A stretch of 58,273 nt of DNA, counting the filler, from Candidatus Desantisbacteria bacterium CG1_02_49_89 (GTDB taxonomy: Bacteria > Desantisbacteria > UBA1551): NCBI GenBank assembly GCA_001871075.1. It is 3 parts of 3 records of this genome, joined end to end, with 100 filler letters (N's around TTAATTAATTAA, not from the genome) between each part and the next. Parts side by side here need not be neighbours in the genome. Positions count along the whole stretch, not along the records: positions 1 to 26,830 come from MNUP01000083.1; positions 26,931 to 37,615 come from MNUP01000145.1; 1 more part is not named here. One strand, given 5' to 3'. The position numbers and the translations under genes are program-made. A model generated the notes under the pieces. The model saw only the letters and a list, made by a program, of their open reading frames with translations. It made no database searches and had not been told where the DNA came from. Positions 18,160 through 28,045 of this stretch are shown here, piece by piece; the stretch's first letter is position 1, and every line of letters starts with the position of its first letter.

Positions 18160-18876
18160 ATGTACGAAGAGCGCATTTACCGCCGCGATTATATAACCGA
18201 GGACCTTAAAGGTTTTGAGGTGATGGTCAAGGAAAGCGACCTTTACATATGCGCCGCATCCGACCTTTCTTCCGAGGCGATCGAATCCACGCTCAAGTAC
18301 CGCTCCCAGATAGAGGAATATATAAAAAAGCACCCGCAGTTCCTCAGCAGTCTGACACCGCTGCCAATCGATGTTCTCGCGGCTCCCATAGTGAACGAGA
18401 TGCTGCGGGCGGGCGAAACCGCAGGCACCGGACCGATGGCGGCTGTTGCCGGAGCGATAGCGGAATACGTTGGCAGGGACCTTCTGAAATATTCGCCTGA
18501 AGTCATAGTGGAGAACGGCGGCGATATTTTTTTAAAAAGCCTGAAGAACCGCAGGCTCGGGATACATGCGGGAAACTCTCCCTTAAGCGAGAGGATAACG
18601 GTGGAGATCGAGGCAAAGCAGACGCCGGTCGGCGTATGCACTTCTTCCGGCACTGTCGGCCCGTCGCTCAGTTTCGGCAGGACAGATGCGGCACTTGTTG
18701 TCGCGTCTTCCGCGGCATTAGCGGACGCCTGCGCCACGGCGATAGGCAACATCGTCAAGGAACCCGGGGATATTAAAAGGGCTCTTGAGTTCGGAAAGAA
18801 AGCAAAGGGCGTCAGGGGAGTGCTTATAATAATGAAAGACAAGCTTGGTGCATGGGGAGCCATTAAAATCGTATAA
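18160..18876 (+). CDS. UPF0280/ApbE-superfamily protein
   Basis: GPMAAVAGAIAE, VENGGDI, CTSSGTVGPSLSFG and ADACATA motifs. Confidence 0.9.
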   Translation: MYEERIYRRDYITEDLKGFEVMVKESDLYICAASDLSSEAIESTLKYRSQIEEYIKKHPQFLSSLTPLPIDVLAAPIVNEMLRAGETAGTGPMAAVAGAIAEYVGRDLLKYSPEVIVENGGDIFLKSLKNRRLGIHAGNSPLSERITVEIEAKQTPVGVCTSSGTVGPSLSFGRTDAALVVASSAALADACATAIGNIVKEPGDIKRALEFGKKAKGVRGVLIIMKDKLGAWGAIKIV

Positions 18877-18997
18877 AAAAACGTTCATCGTTCTTCGTTC
18901 ATCGTTAAAACTCCTTTGTTCCATATTTTTCAAAGAGGAGTAGCAGGGGCATTACAAAGCACGACGCACGATGAACGATGCACGACCGGAGGTCATA

Positions 18998-19813
18998 ATG
19001 AAACTGTGCATAAACGGCGCCACAACAATGCCGTATCAGCTTCAGGAAGATATTGTTTTCGCGCATAAAGCCAAGTTTACGGGAATAGAGATCTGGTATG
19101 ACAAGCTGAAAAAATTCCTTGCCGACGGCAACACCCTCGTAAAACTGCAGGAGCTTCTCTGGAGCGCGGAGCTGGAGCCGGTTTCTCTCTGCCCGGTCCC
19201 GCTGATAGCGTTCTCAGATAACGAACAGGCGATACAGGAAGCGGTAAAGGCGGCGCAGATCGCGGCGCAGATCGACTGTTCAACCATTCTCGTGTACCCG
19301 GCGGACGCCCAGCCGGAAGGCGTTACCAAAGAGGATGCGAAGAAAAAAGCCGCGGCAGCCCTGAAGGCCTACGCTGAGGCGATCCAGTCCTGCAAGGTAA
19401 AGATCGCGTTTGAACCCATAGGGATGCACCCGTATGTTCCAAAGCCGCAGGACGCGCTCGAAATAATAAGCGCAGCCGGCAGCGATAACCTCGGGATAAT
19501 GTTGGATACGTTCCACCTTTACAAGTCAGGCGTGACGCTTGAAGAGATAAAGAGCGTTCCGGTTGAAAAGCTGCTTCTAGTGCACGTGGGTGACTGCGAG
19601 GACGCGCCCAGGGAAAAGCTCGGGGCTGAACAGCAGGTTTACCCGGGCCTGGGGGTTGTTCCGCTCGTGGACATTTTCAGGATCCTGAGGGATAAAGGCT
19701 ACAAAGGATTCCTTTCAGTGGAGATATTCAGGCAGGACTACTGGAAGGAGAACCCTGAAAAGATCGCGGCTGACGCCAAGAAATATCTGGACGCTTTGCT
19801 TGCCAAACTGTAA
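18998..19813 (+). CDS. Sugar phosphate isomerase/epimerase (xylose isomerase-like TIM barrel, IolI-like)
   Basis: AFEPIG, LDTFH, VHVGD, PGLG and SVEIF motifs; GGAGG RBS before ATG 18998. Confidence 0.85.
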   Translation: MKLCINGATTMPYQLQEDIVFAHKAKFTGIEIWYDKLKKFLADGNTLVKLQELLWSAELEPVSLCPVPLIAFSDNEQAIQEAVKAAQIAAQIDCSTILVYPADAQPEGVTKEDAKKKAAAALKAYAEAIQSCKVKIAFEPIGMHPYVPKPQDALEIISAAGSDNLGIMLDTFHLYKSGVTLEEIKSVPVEKLLLVHVGDCEDAPREKLGAEQQVYPGLGVVPLVDIFRILRDKGYKGFLSVEIFRQDYWKENPEKIAADAKKYLDALLAKL

Positions 19814-19941
19814 CATCGTGCATCGTAACATAGTAACATCGTCAGGACAGTTAAGCCTGTTATGCCTGTTTAGCCAGTTTGGCCTGTTTGAATAATCACT
19901 GTAATCATCTTTTAAAATCACCGTAATCAAGAAAGGAAACA

Positions 19942-20994
19942 ATGATGAAGAAACTACGGCTGGGGTTCGTGGGCGCAGGTTACATGGGGCAGCTCGCCCA
20001 CATTGAGAACTACTATAAAATGCCCAATGTGGAAATGGCAGCGCTTGCCGAGGGAAGGGCCAGGCTTGCCGAGAACGTGGCGCGCAGGTACGGCATCGCC
20101 AAGGTTTACCCGACGCACAGGGAGATCTGCGCGGACAAGGACATAGATGCGGTTGTGTCCATTATGTATTACTCGCTCAATTACGGGGTGGTGAAGGACC
20201 TGCTGAACGCGGGCAAGAACGTCATAACGGAAAAACCCATCTGCCTAACCTCGGAGGGCGGTAAAGAGATCACGGGCATCGCGGGCCGAAAGAAACTCAT
20301 ATACCAGGTCGGATACATGAAAAGGTTTGATCCCGGCGTTATCGCGGCAAGGGAAGCAGTGCAGGAGATGAAATCAACCGGCAAATTCGGAAGGCTTATG
20401 TACCTGCGCATATGGTGCGCCTACGGGGACTGGACCCAGCTCAGCCTACCGCCCTTAAGCACGGACGAAGCGCCGCCTGCGTATCCTATAGATATGGAAA
20501 AGTTTCCGGAATGGATGTCTAAGCCCCAGATAGAAAAGATCAACTGGTGGCTTAATTTCTACAGCCACCAGACAAACCTGGTGCGCTATTACCTTGGCGA
20601 GGATTACTCTTTTGACTACGCCAACCACGGGGATAACGGGACATACCTGCTTGGGAAATCCGAGAGCGGCGTGAACGTATTCATGGAAGCGTACCCGTAT
20701 GCCCACAACCACTGGGATGAGGGATGCAAGATATATTTTGAAAAGGCAACGGTAGAGGTGAGGAATCCCGCGCCGCTCGCGAAACAGCAGGCTGCCTCAG
20801 TAAGGATATTCAGGAATGAGGGAGCGCATTCAGCTATCACGGAGCCCGTGATACAGCAGCTTAACGCGTTCGACGCCCAGGCAAGGTCGTTCGTGGACTG
20901 CGTGCTGAACGGCACGCCCGTTCTTTCGCCGGCTTCAGAAGCGCTGAAAGAAGTGGAGCTCGCGGAGGAACTCGCGAAGAAATTTTTTAAATAA
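19942..20994 (+). CDS. Gfo/Idh/MocA family oxidoreductase
   Basis: GFVGAGYMG, EKP and VGYMKRFDP motifs. Confidence 0.9.
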   Translation: MMKKLRLGFVGAGYMGQLAHIENYYKMPNVEMAALAEGRARLAENVARRYGIAKVYPTHREICADKDIDAVVSIMYYSLNYGVVKDLLNAGKNVITEKPICLTSEGGKEITGIAGRKKLIYQVGYMKRFDPGVIAAREAVQEMKSTGKFGRLMYLRIWCAYGDWTQLSLPPLSTDEAPPAYPIDMEKFPEWMSKPQIEKINWWLNFYSHQTNLVRYYLGEDYSFDYANHGDNGTYLLGKSESGVNVFMEAYPYAHNHWDEGCKIYFEKATVEVRNPAPLAKQQAASVRIFRNEGAHSAITEPVIQQLNAFDAQARSFVDCVLNGTPVLSPASEALKEVELAEELAKKFFK

Positions 20995-21018
20995 CGTGCA
21001 TCGTGCATCGTACGTCGC

Positions 21019-21106
21019 AATCCCCCCCCGTTTCCCCCTTTAGAAAAGGGGGATTGAGGGGGATTTCTAAACCTCCCCCTTTGAAAAAGGGGGATTGAGG
21101 GGGATT
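21019..21106. repeat. Tandem pair of CCCCCTTT-N-AAAGGGGGATTGAGGGGGATTT hairpin repeats
   Basis: Two copies are directly visible between the oxidoreductase and riboflavin synthase genes. Confidence 0.85.
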
Positions 21107-21116
21107 TTAAAACAAG

Positions 21117-21716
21117 ATGTTTACAGGCATTGTTAAGGAATTGGGCATAATAAAAGGCATAGCCCGGAAAGGGCTTTCGATAGAGATCACGGTCCAGTCA
21201 TGCCTTGCGAAAGGCCTGAAGCCCGGTGACAGCGTTTCAATAAACGGGGTATGCCTCACGGCCACGGAAACCAAAGATGGCGAATTCAGGGTTGACGCGG
21301 TCGCTGAAACCCTCGGAAAAACAACGTTTGGGAACCTGGGGGTCAGGGAAAAGGTTAACCTTGAGCCGGCTCTTGCCTCAGGCCAGCCGATGGGCGGCCA
21401 TATCGTGAACGGCCATGTGGACGGCGTTGGGATAATCAGGAGCAGGATCCAGAAAGGTAATTCGGTTATTTTTGAGTTTTCCCTTCCTTCAGAGGTCCGC
21501 GGGCTGTCAAAATATATCGTGGACAAAGGCCCTGTAGCGGTTGACGGCATAAGCCTTACTGTTGTCGAGGCTAAAACCTACGCGTTTACGGTTTCCGTCA
21601 TCCCTTTTACCATAGAAAACACGACCCTTGGTTTCAAGAAAGTCGGTGAAAAGGTTAATATCGAGGTTGATATTATTGCCAAATATGCAGAAAAAGCGGG
21701 TAGCCGCAACCTTTAG
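21117..21716 (+). CDS. ribE: Riboflavin synthase alpha chain
   Basis: MFTGIV N-terminus, GDSVSINGVCLT, GGHIVNGHVDG and KGPVAVDGISLTV. Confidence 0.95.
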   Translation: MFTGIVKELGIIKGIARKGLSIEITVQSCLAKGLKPGDSVSINGVCLTATETKDGEFRVDAVAETLGKTTFGNLGVREKVNLEPALASGQPMGGHIVNGHVDGVGIIRSRIQKGNSVIFEFSLPSEVRGLSKYIVDKGPVAVDGISLTVVEAKTYAFTVSVIPFTIENTTLGFKKVGEKVNIEVDIIAKYAEKAGSRNL

Positions 21717-21748
21717 GTTGCGTGGCGCGGACTAAAGTCCGCGGCTAC
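21700..21748. repeat. Inverted GTAG-type REP doublet overlapping the riboflavin synthase stop
   Basis: GTAGCCGCAACCTTTAGGTTGCG...CGCGGACTAAAGTCCGCGGCTAC. Confidence 0.8.
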
Positions 21749-21765
21749 CATTATTGTAGAATACA

Positions 21766-22617
21766 ATGAAATCATATAAAAAATGCATCGCCTGTTTTTA
21801 TAAGCAGGCGAAAAGAACCACAAATCTTGTTACAGATGATCCTGAAAAACTTAAAGAGATAAACAGGAAGATAGCGTCCTATCTTAAAGGCGTTTCTTTG
21901 AAACGCGCGCCTGCGGACCTTTCCACCTGGACCGTGAAATTCGTTTACGGCGTTACCGGCTGCGCTGACCCGTACAAGAAATTAAAGGATAAATACAACC
22001 GCATCGCGAAAAAGGCCATCCCGTGGCTGAAAAAAATGGTCGTGAACGCTCCTGACCCGATCCTGATGGGCCTGAAGGTCGCGGTGGCGGGCAACATAAT
22101 AGACCTCGGCATCCTGACAGAGTTTGACCTGGACGGCACGATCAAAAAGGCAATAGGCGGCGGGTTCCCGCTTAAAAGCTATAAAGAGTTCCGTAAGGTC
22201 CTGGACAGGTCGAAAAAGATACTCTACATCCTTGATAACTCCGGCGAAATTGTGTTTGACAGGCCATTGATCGAAGAGCTGATAAAAAACCACGCGGTTA
22301 CGGCCGCGGTCAAAAGCGGGCCCATACTTAATGATGCCACGATGGAAGATGCGGCTTTTGCAGGCCTGACAAAGATAACAAGGGTGATAAAGACCGGTAA
22401 CAGCTGCCTGGGCGTGAACTGGCGCCTTTCTTCGAAGGAATTCAAAAAGGCGTTCAGGGAAGCCGGCCTGATAATTTCAAAAGGCCAGGCGAATTACGAA
22501 ACACTTGACGGTATGAAAACCAAAGCCCCGGTTTTCTTCCTTATGCAGTCCAAATGCCCGGTGGTGGCGAAATACATGGGTGTAAAGCTCGGCGTGGTCC
22601 TGTTCCTTAGAAAATGA
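21766..22617 (+). CDS. DUF89/ARMT1-like damage-control phosphatase
   Basis: CxxC N-terminus, DPY, AGNIID, DNSGEIVFD, ILNDAT, SKGQANYETL and KC motifs. Confidence 0.9.
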   Translation: MKSYKKCIACFYKQAKRTTNLVTDDPEKLKEINRKIASYLKGVSLKRAPADLSTWTVKFVYGVTGCADPYKKLKDKYNRIAKKAIPWLKKMVVNAPDPILMGLKVAVAGNIIDLGILTEFDLDGTIKKAIGGGFPLKSYKEFRKVLDRSKKILYILDNSGEIVFDRPLIEELIKNHAVTAAVKSGPILNDATMEDAAFAGLTKITRVIKTGNSCLGVNWRLSSKEFKKAFREAGLIISKGQANYETLDGMKTKAPVFFLMQSKCPVVAKYMGVKLGVVLFLRK

Positions 22618-22723
22618 ATGGTCGTACGTCGTAAGTCGTACGTCGTGCGTAAAATCACTTAAAGCATCTAACGTAAGACGTATGACGTTCGACCTACGAC
22701 GGATAAAAATGGAGCGCAGCGCA

Positions 22724-23584
22724 ATGGAAATAGGATTTTATGTTAACAACTGGATATTCGGGGACGCTGAACTTGAAGAAGTAGCCGGGCGTGTCGCAAA
22801 ACTCGGTTACGACGGGATCGAGCTGGTCGGGGAGCCCGGGATATATCCTGTCAAGGAAGTGAGCGGGCTTATGAAGGACAGCGGCCTTAAGGTCTGTTCC
22901 ATCTGCGGGATGTTCCCCGGGTCCGGAAAGGATGACCTGCGCGCGCTCTGCCATTATGACGCGAAAGAAAGGCAGAAAGGCATCGATTATATTAAGGCAT
23001 GCGTGGACCTCGCGAACGGAGTGGATGCTAAGAGCGTGCTTGTTGTCCCCGGTCTTGTAGGCCAGCCGGCTTATTTCAGATCTAAGGAAGAAGACTGGAA
23101 GTTCGCGGTTGGCTCACTTGCAAAGGCGGCGGAATACGCCAAAACCAATAAAATGGTCCTCACCATTGAGCCCATAAACCGCTATGAGGTCGGGCTTGTG
23201 AACAGCATTGAGGACGCTTTGAAGATGGCGAAAGAAATTAACAGTCCTTTTATGAAAATAATGGGAGATACTTTCCATATGCAGATAGAGGAAGGGGACG
23301 GCATACCCAACGCTATAAGGCGGGCCGGGGGAGAAATGCTGAAGCACATGCACGCGGCTGACAACACCAGGGAGGCGCCCGGCATGGGAACCATGAACTG
23401 GCGCGAGATCCTGCGCGCGCTCCGCGATATTGACTATAAAGGGGCGGTTTCGCTTGAGCCGCTTCCGAAAGGCGCTTCGCCTTACGACGCGCGGGACGGC
23501 AAGATCCCCAAAAAGAGCCTGGACGAAGGCCTGAAATACGGACTTGAGCACCTGCGCCGCGAGCAAACGAGAGTTAAAGGTTAA
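22724..23584 (+). CDS. Sugar phosphate isomerase/epimerase (ketose 3-epimerase-like)
   Basis: GYDGIEL, IEPINRYE, DTFHMQIEE and HAADNTREAPG motifs; start is uncertain (22709 or 22724). Confidence 0.85.
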   Translation: MEIGFYVNNWIFGDAELEEVAGRVAKLGYDGIELVGEPGIYPVKEVSGLMKDSGLKVCSICGMFPGSGKDDLRALCHYDAKERQKGIDYIKACVDLANGVDAKSVLVVPGLVGQPAYFRSKEEDWKFAVGSLAKAAEYAKTNKMVLTIEPINRYEVGLVNSIEDALKMAKEINSPFMKIMGDTFHMQIEEGDGIPNAIRRAGGEMLKHMHAADNTREAPGMGTMNWREILRALRDIDYKGAVSLEPLPKGASPYDARDGKIPKKSLDEGLKYGLEHLRREQTRVKG

Positions 23585-23735
23585 AAGATTTCCACGAAAT
23601 CACGAAAGTATCACGAAAGCACGAAATTAACCACAGAGAACACAGAGAAATCTTTTCTAGTTTCAAACTTGACTCTTGATACTGAAAATAATCACCGTAA
23701 TCATCTTTTTAAAATCACTGTAATCCCAGAAAAAA

Positions 23736-25211
23736 ATGGACTATAAAATAGTTGTGCTGGACATCGGCAAGACAAACAAGAAGATAGTGGTGTTCTCTAA
23801 GGACCTTAAGATCCTTTCAAGGGAATCCACCCGGCTCGGGGACAAGCTTGTCAAAGGCGTTCTCTGCGACAGGATCTACGACCTTAACAGGTGGGTCCTC
23901 GGCAGGCTGAAAGCGATAAGCGGGAAACACAGGGTTAAAGTGATTTCCGCGACCACTTACGGCGCGACCATCGCCTGCATCGGAAAAGACGGAGACCTTG
24001 CGTTCCCGGTTGTTTCTTATATGCACGAGCCGGGCGAAAAAACCCGCAAGAAATTCTATTCGGCACTCGGTTCAGCGCAGGACCTTTACGTCAGGACAGC
24101 CACCCCGCTCTTTGAAAAATTGCTCAGCGTAGGCATGCAGTTGTTTTGGTTGAAGGAAAAAAGGAGGCCCGATTTTAATCGGGTAAAAAATATCCTGTTC
24201 CTCCCGCAGTATGAAGGATACGTTCTTACCGGAAAAAAAGCCGTTGAACTCACAAGCGTTGGCTGCCACACGTACCTTTATGACTTCTGCCGAAGGTCCT
24301 GGAGCGAAACGGCAAAAAAACTCGGAGCAACGGGAAAGTTTCCAGCGCGGTTTTCAAAGTCCTGGGATGATCTCGGCAGGATAAGCCCTCAAATAAGCAG
24401 GGCTACGGGGCTTGCTCCGGATTGCGCTGTTTCCGTGGGCATACACGATTCAAACGCGTCCCTGCTTCCGTACCTCCTTGCCAAAAAGGGCAGGTTCATA
24501 CTGGTAAGCACAGGCACCTGGGGTATACATATGTTCAGCGGCAGTTCCTTTTATTTATCCCCGGAGGATATGAAGAAGGATACGCTCTATTACCTGGATG
24601 TTTTCGGCAGGCCGGTCAGGGCGGCAAGGACCGCCATGGGCATGGAGCACGATCATTACAGCGGGTTGATCGAAAAGAAATTCGGTTTTGACCCGCGCAG
24701 CATTAAGCCGGATGCCGGCCTGATAAAAGAAATAATATCGGAAAATAAGTGCTTTATTATCCCGACAGTCATAAAGGGCACAGGCCAGTTCCAGGATTCA
24801 AAGCCCGGCATAACCGATCGCAGGTTCTTTTACAGGGACGCGAGAACCGCTTACACGGTTTTGAATATATCGCTCGCGCTCCAGTCCTATTTCGCCATCA
24901 AGCAGGCTTTCGGCAGGGAGGAAAGTAAGAGCATTCCGGTTTACGTGGAGGGAGGGTTCCGCAATAACGGGATCTACCTGAACGCGCTTTCCGCTCTTTT
25001 TACCGGGCAGCCCGTTGTCGCGACTGAGATACAGGAGGCAACTGCGCTGGGCGCCGCGATCTGCGGAAAGTGCGCCGCAGAGGGCATAAGCCCTCGGGAC
25101 ATAGACCCGCGCCTGATAAAGATCAGCGAAAAGCCTGTTTCAAAACTCGGTACCGATCCAGAAGTAATCCGTCAATATATTATCAGCTTCGAAAGACACT
25201 GTTTAATATAA
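23736..25211 (+). CDS. FGGY-family carbohydrate kinase
   Basis: LDIGKTNKK, TSVGCHT, GIHDSNASL, STGTW and ATALGAA motifs. Confidence 0.85.
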   Translation: MDYKIVVLDIGKTNKKIVVFSKDLKILSRESTRLGDKLVKGVLCDRIYDLNRWVLGRLKAISGKHRVKVISATTYGATIACIGKDGDLAFPVVSYMHEPGEKTRKKFYSALGSAQDLYVRTATPLFEKLLSVGMQLFWLKEKRRPDFNRVKNILFLPQYEGYVLTGKKAVELTSVGCHTYLYDFCRRSWSETAKKLGATGKFPARFSKSWDDLGRISPQISRATGLAPDCAVSVGIHDSNASLLPYLLAKKGRFILVSTGTWGIHMFSGSSFYLSPEDMKKDTLYYLDVFGRPVRAARTAMGMEHDHYSGLIEKKFGFDPRSIKPDAGLIKEIISENKCFIIPTVIKGTGQFQDSKPGITDRRFFYRDARTAYTVLNISLALQSYFAIKQAFGREESKSIPVYVEGGFRNNGIYLNALSALFTGQPVVATEIQEATALGAAICGKCAAEGISPRDIDPRLIKISEKPVSKLGTDPEVIRQYIISFERHCLI

Positions 25212-25308
25212 CGCAAAAGTTTTCGTAGGGCAAGGCTTTAGCCTTGCGTTATTGTCTTGTAAGCATGTAATGTAGTGGCAGAGCTTGCTCTGTATAAGGA
25301 GTAAAAAA

Positions 25309-26277
25309 ATGAGAAAATTAATTTTGATCCCATTTTTAATACTATTTACAGCAACTACTTTTGCCCAGGATACAAAAACCACAACAGCTGCGGTGATGGA
25401 CTGGGAAGCAAAGCAGGGAGTGTCTGCCGGATTAGCCTCCATGCTTTCCGACTATCTTAGAGTCCAGCTTGTCAATACACAAAAATATACCATTGTCACC
25501 CGTGAAAACATGGAGCAGGTGCTGAAAGAGCAAAATTTCCAGATGTCAGGATGCACCAGCAACGAATGCGTTGTGCAGGCTGGCCAGCTTTTAGGTGTGC
25601 GCAAGATGTTTGCAGGCTCAGTAGGGAAGATGGGCAACATTTATCTTGTAACTATTAAAATAATAGACGTTCAGTCAGGATCGATTGAAAAGGCAGATTC
25701 AGAAAACGCTGCCAGCGAAGAGTTGCTATTACAGGCAGCATCCAGCATCTCCAAAAGAATAACAGGAGTTTTAGTTCCAAGTCAAGCTGCAAAAACAGAG
25801 ACAAAAACAGAGAATCTCGTAGTAGGCAAAAATCTTGTAGAAAACGGCGGATTTGAGGACGACCTTCAGTATGGATGGCAGATTGGTGAAGGAGCAGAGG
25901 TAGTTACAAAACCTGTACGTTCCGGTTCATATGCGCTTCTTCTGGACGGTGGTGATAAAATTCAAGCAACTGAATACCAAATGATTAATGTAAAGGGAGG
26001 AGAGAACTATTTAATTGAAGGTTTTGTGAAGTATGTATCAGGAGGAGAGGGCACAAATTCGATATACCAGGTGGCGATCTCCTGGCGCGGCGCTGATGAA
26101 AAAAACATTTCTGTCAGTAATGACTGGAAGGGAGCAGATAGACCTGTGAATTTTAAATCCCATGGCGGTGTATTCAAGGCGCCTTTGAAAGCACGCAGGG
26201 CTTATGTTGTACTGGCTGTTAGTAAAGGAGTAAAATGTATTTTTGACGACATTTCCTTCGCTCAAATATTGGAGTAG
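25309..26277 (+). CDS. Secreted protein with a CsgG/HfaB-like N-terminal domain and a CBM4/9-like C-terminal domain
   Basis: Signal peptide; VTRENMEQVLKEQNFQMSGCT...GQLLGV; NLVENGGFE...FDDISF; AAGGAG RBS. Confidence 0.75.
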   Translation: MRKLILIPFLILFTATTFAQDTKTTTAAVMDWEAKQGVSAGLASMLSDYLRVQLVNTQKYTIVTRENMEQVLKEQNFQMSGCTSNECVVQAGQLLGVRKMFAGSVGKMGNIYLVTIKIIDVQSGSIEKADSENAASEELLLQAASSISKRITGVLVPSQAAKTETKTENLVVGKNLVENGGFEDDLQYGWQIGEGAEVVTKPVRSGSYALLLDGGDKIQATEYQMINVKGGENYLIEGFVKYVSGGEGTNSIYQVAISWRGADEKNISVSNDWKGADRPVNFKSHGGVFKAPLKARRAYVVLAVSKGVKCIFDDISFAQILE

Positions 26278-26457
26278 ATATAGTTTTAAAGATGAAAGAG
26301 AGGAAGTCGAAAAGTAGATAGCAGGTAGATCAGGAGTTGATGGGGCGGATCAACCCAAGCTTTATCCTCAAGTGGCTTTTTTAATTTTATTTAAGTTTTA
26401 AAAGTTCTTATTTAAGTTCAAATATATAATAAGATCATATAAAAATAGGGAGGCAAA

Positions 26458-26598
26458 ATGTCCACAGAAAGTGGGAAGAAAGCATGGTTAACTCGGTCAA
26501 TCAATCAGTATAAAAAAATTCGATTGAAAGCGGTTGAAGAAGAGGTAAGAATCTTGGAAAGAATTTTCAAGAAACTTCTTGAAATTAAAAGAATCTAG
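26458..26598 (+). CDS. Small basic hypothetical protein (46 aa), below the ORF-track cutoff
   Basis: GGGAGG RBS 5 nt upstream; MSTESGKKAWLTRSINQYKKIRLKAVEEEVRILERIFKKLLEIKRI*. Confidence 0.5.
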   Translation: MSTESGKKAWLTRSINQYKKIRLKAVEEEVRILERIFKKLLEIKRI

Positions 26599-26764
26599 TG
26601 TGGTGTCGCATAAATCCCTTGACATTTGATTCTGCTTTGAGTTGTCATTGCGAGCGACCAAAGGGAGCGTGGCAATCTCGATTTTTAGGTCAAGATTGCT
26701 TCGTCGTTAACACTCCTCGCAATGACAGCCCAAATGTAAAGATCTGTTAGAGACACTACACTAG
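26595..26764. mobile_element. MITE with CTAG at both ends, about 35-bp imperfect TIRs and an internal GTCATTGCGAG...CTCGCAATGAC palindrome
   Basis: CTAGTGTGGTGTCGCATAAATCCCTTGACATTTG ... CAAATGTAAAGATCTGTTAGAGACACTACACTAG. Confidence 0.8.
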
Positions 26765-26830
26765 CTCACTTCAAATATTGGATAGCGTTTAAAAAAAATG
26801 TGCTAATAGGTTCTTTGACTGAATCTTTTC

Positions 26831-26930
26831 NNNNNNNNNNNNNNNNNNNNNNNNNNNNNNNNNNNNNNNNNNNNTTAATTAATTAANNNNNNNNNNNNNN
26901 NNNNNNNNNNNNNNNNNNNNNNNNNNNNNN
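26831..26930. other. Artificial contig linker (N44-TTAATTAATTAA-N44)
   Basis: N runs around a six-frame stop linker. Confidence 0.98.
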
Positions 26931-27783
26931 TAGCCTTGAAATTATTCGTGCCGAAACCGAAACCTGCCCTCCATCCTATCGTATCAGTCCTTGCCCACAT
27001 GCCGTCAAGCTCCACTTCGTTCGCCCTTACCTGCAGCCAGTTCTCGATACCCAGGCCGAATTTGAAATCTCCGTCCCTGTAACTGCAATCCGCGTTCATA
27101 ACATAATCCTTGTTGCTTCCCAGCCTGAATGACACCCCGCATTTCAGGTTGAAAGGCACCGGGTCGTTCCTTTCGAGACTTATGTCAGGCTGGTTTACAT
27201 CCCCCAGGAACACGCCCAGCGAGATATCGTCGGTAAAACGGCAGAGCCCGCCTATGTCAACGCTGACGCCCTGGGCTGAAATGCCGTTCTGGAAAACAGG
27301 GTCAAGCTGGGAAGGATCCGTGGTGTCGTATTCGGCTTTGTAATATTTGTAGCGGTATTTCATGGAAACGCCTATGGAAAAAGGCTGGGCTCTTTTAAAC
27401 TCCCTGCCGTATGTGATCATGGCGGTCCTCTCGCCGTATAGGTCTGAGATCCTGCGTTCCGTGTAACCGGCTCCCACAGCCCCGAGATCACCCTTAAGCG
27501 GTTGCGCGTACATTATTATGCCGTCGGAAAGCGAACTGTCATAAGTAAGGCCGGGGTGGAGCTGGACATAGCAGGCACCCAGTTCGCCGCACCTTATGCG
27601 CGATATGCCCGCAGGATTATAGAAAAGCGCGCTGACGTCATCAGCCATGCCCACGAAGGCGTTTCCCATGCCTGCCACTCTTGCTGCGGCAGCCACGTCC
27701 TCGAAAGCGGCGTCGCAAAAGGCACATAGCAAATGGCATATGGCACATATCAGTAAAACACAGACTTTTTTTATTGCTGGCAT
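26931..27783 (-). CDS. PorV/PorQ-like outer-membrane beta-barrel protein, 3'-truncated by the contig end
   Basis: Signal peptide followed by ARVAGMGNAFVGMADDVSALFYNPAG. Confidence 0.75.
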
Positions 27784-28045
27784 GATGCCCCCTTGAAAAA
27801 ACAATGTTAAACCACAAGCCATAAATTTATCTTTAATAGCTCAAAGGTCAAATCGCCCCCAAGGGATCCCAGCGTCCAGTCCCGATATGCAATCGGGACT
27901 GCGGGGACAAATCGCCCGCCCTGCGCAAAGGCAGGGCAAGGTTTCGCCCCAAAGGGGCGGACAAAATTCCTTACCTTTGACTTTTAACTTCCAATATTTT
28001 TATTTTTCAACCATGAGCCATCAGCCATGAGCTATGAGCCAAAAG

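Noticed and set aside
18136-18167. ATGTACGA duplicated at the right edge of the island as an att site
   Set aside because: Only 8 bp, with no counterpart at the left boundary.
20995-21116. FMN riboswitch upstream of riboflavin synthase
   Set aside because: Only the TCGTGCA arm and CCCCCTTT/AAAGGGGG hairpins are present; there is no RFN consensus.
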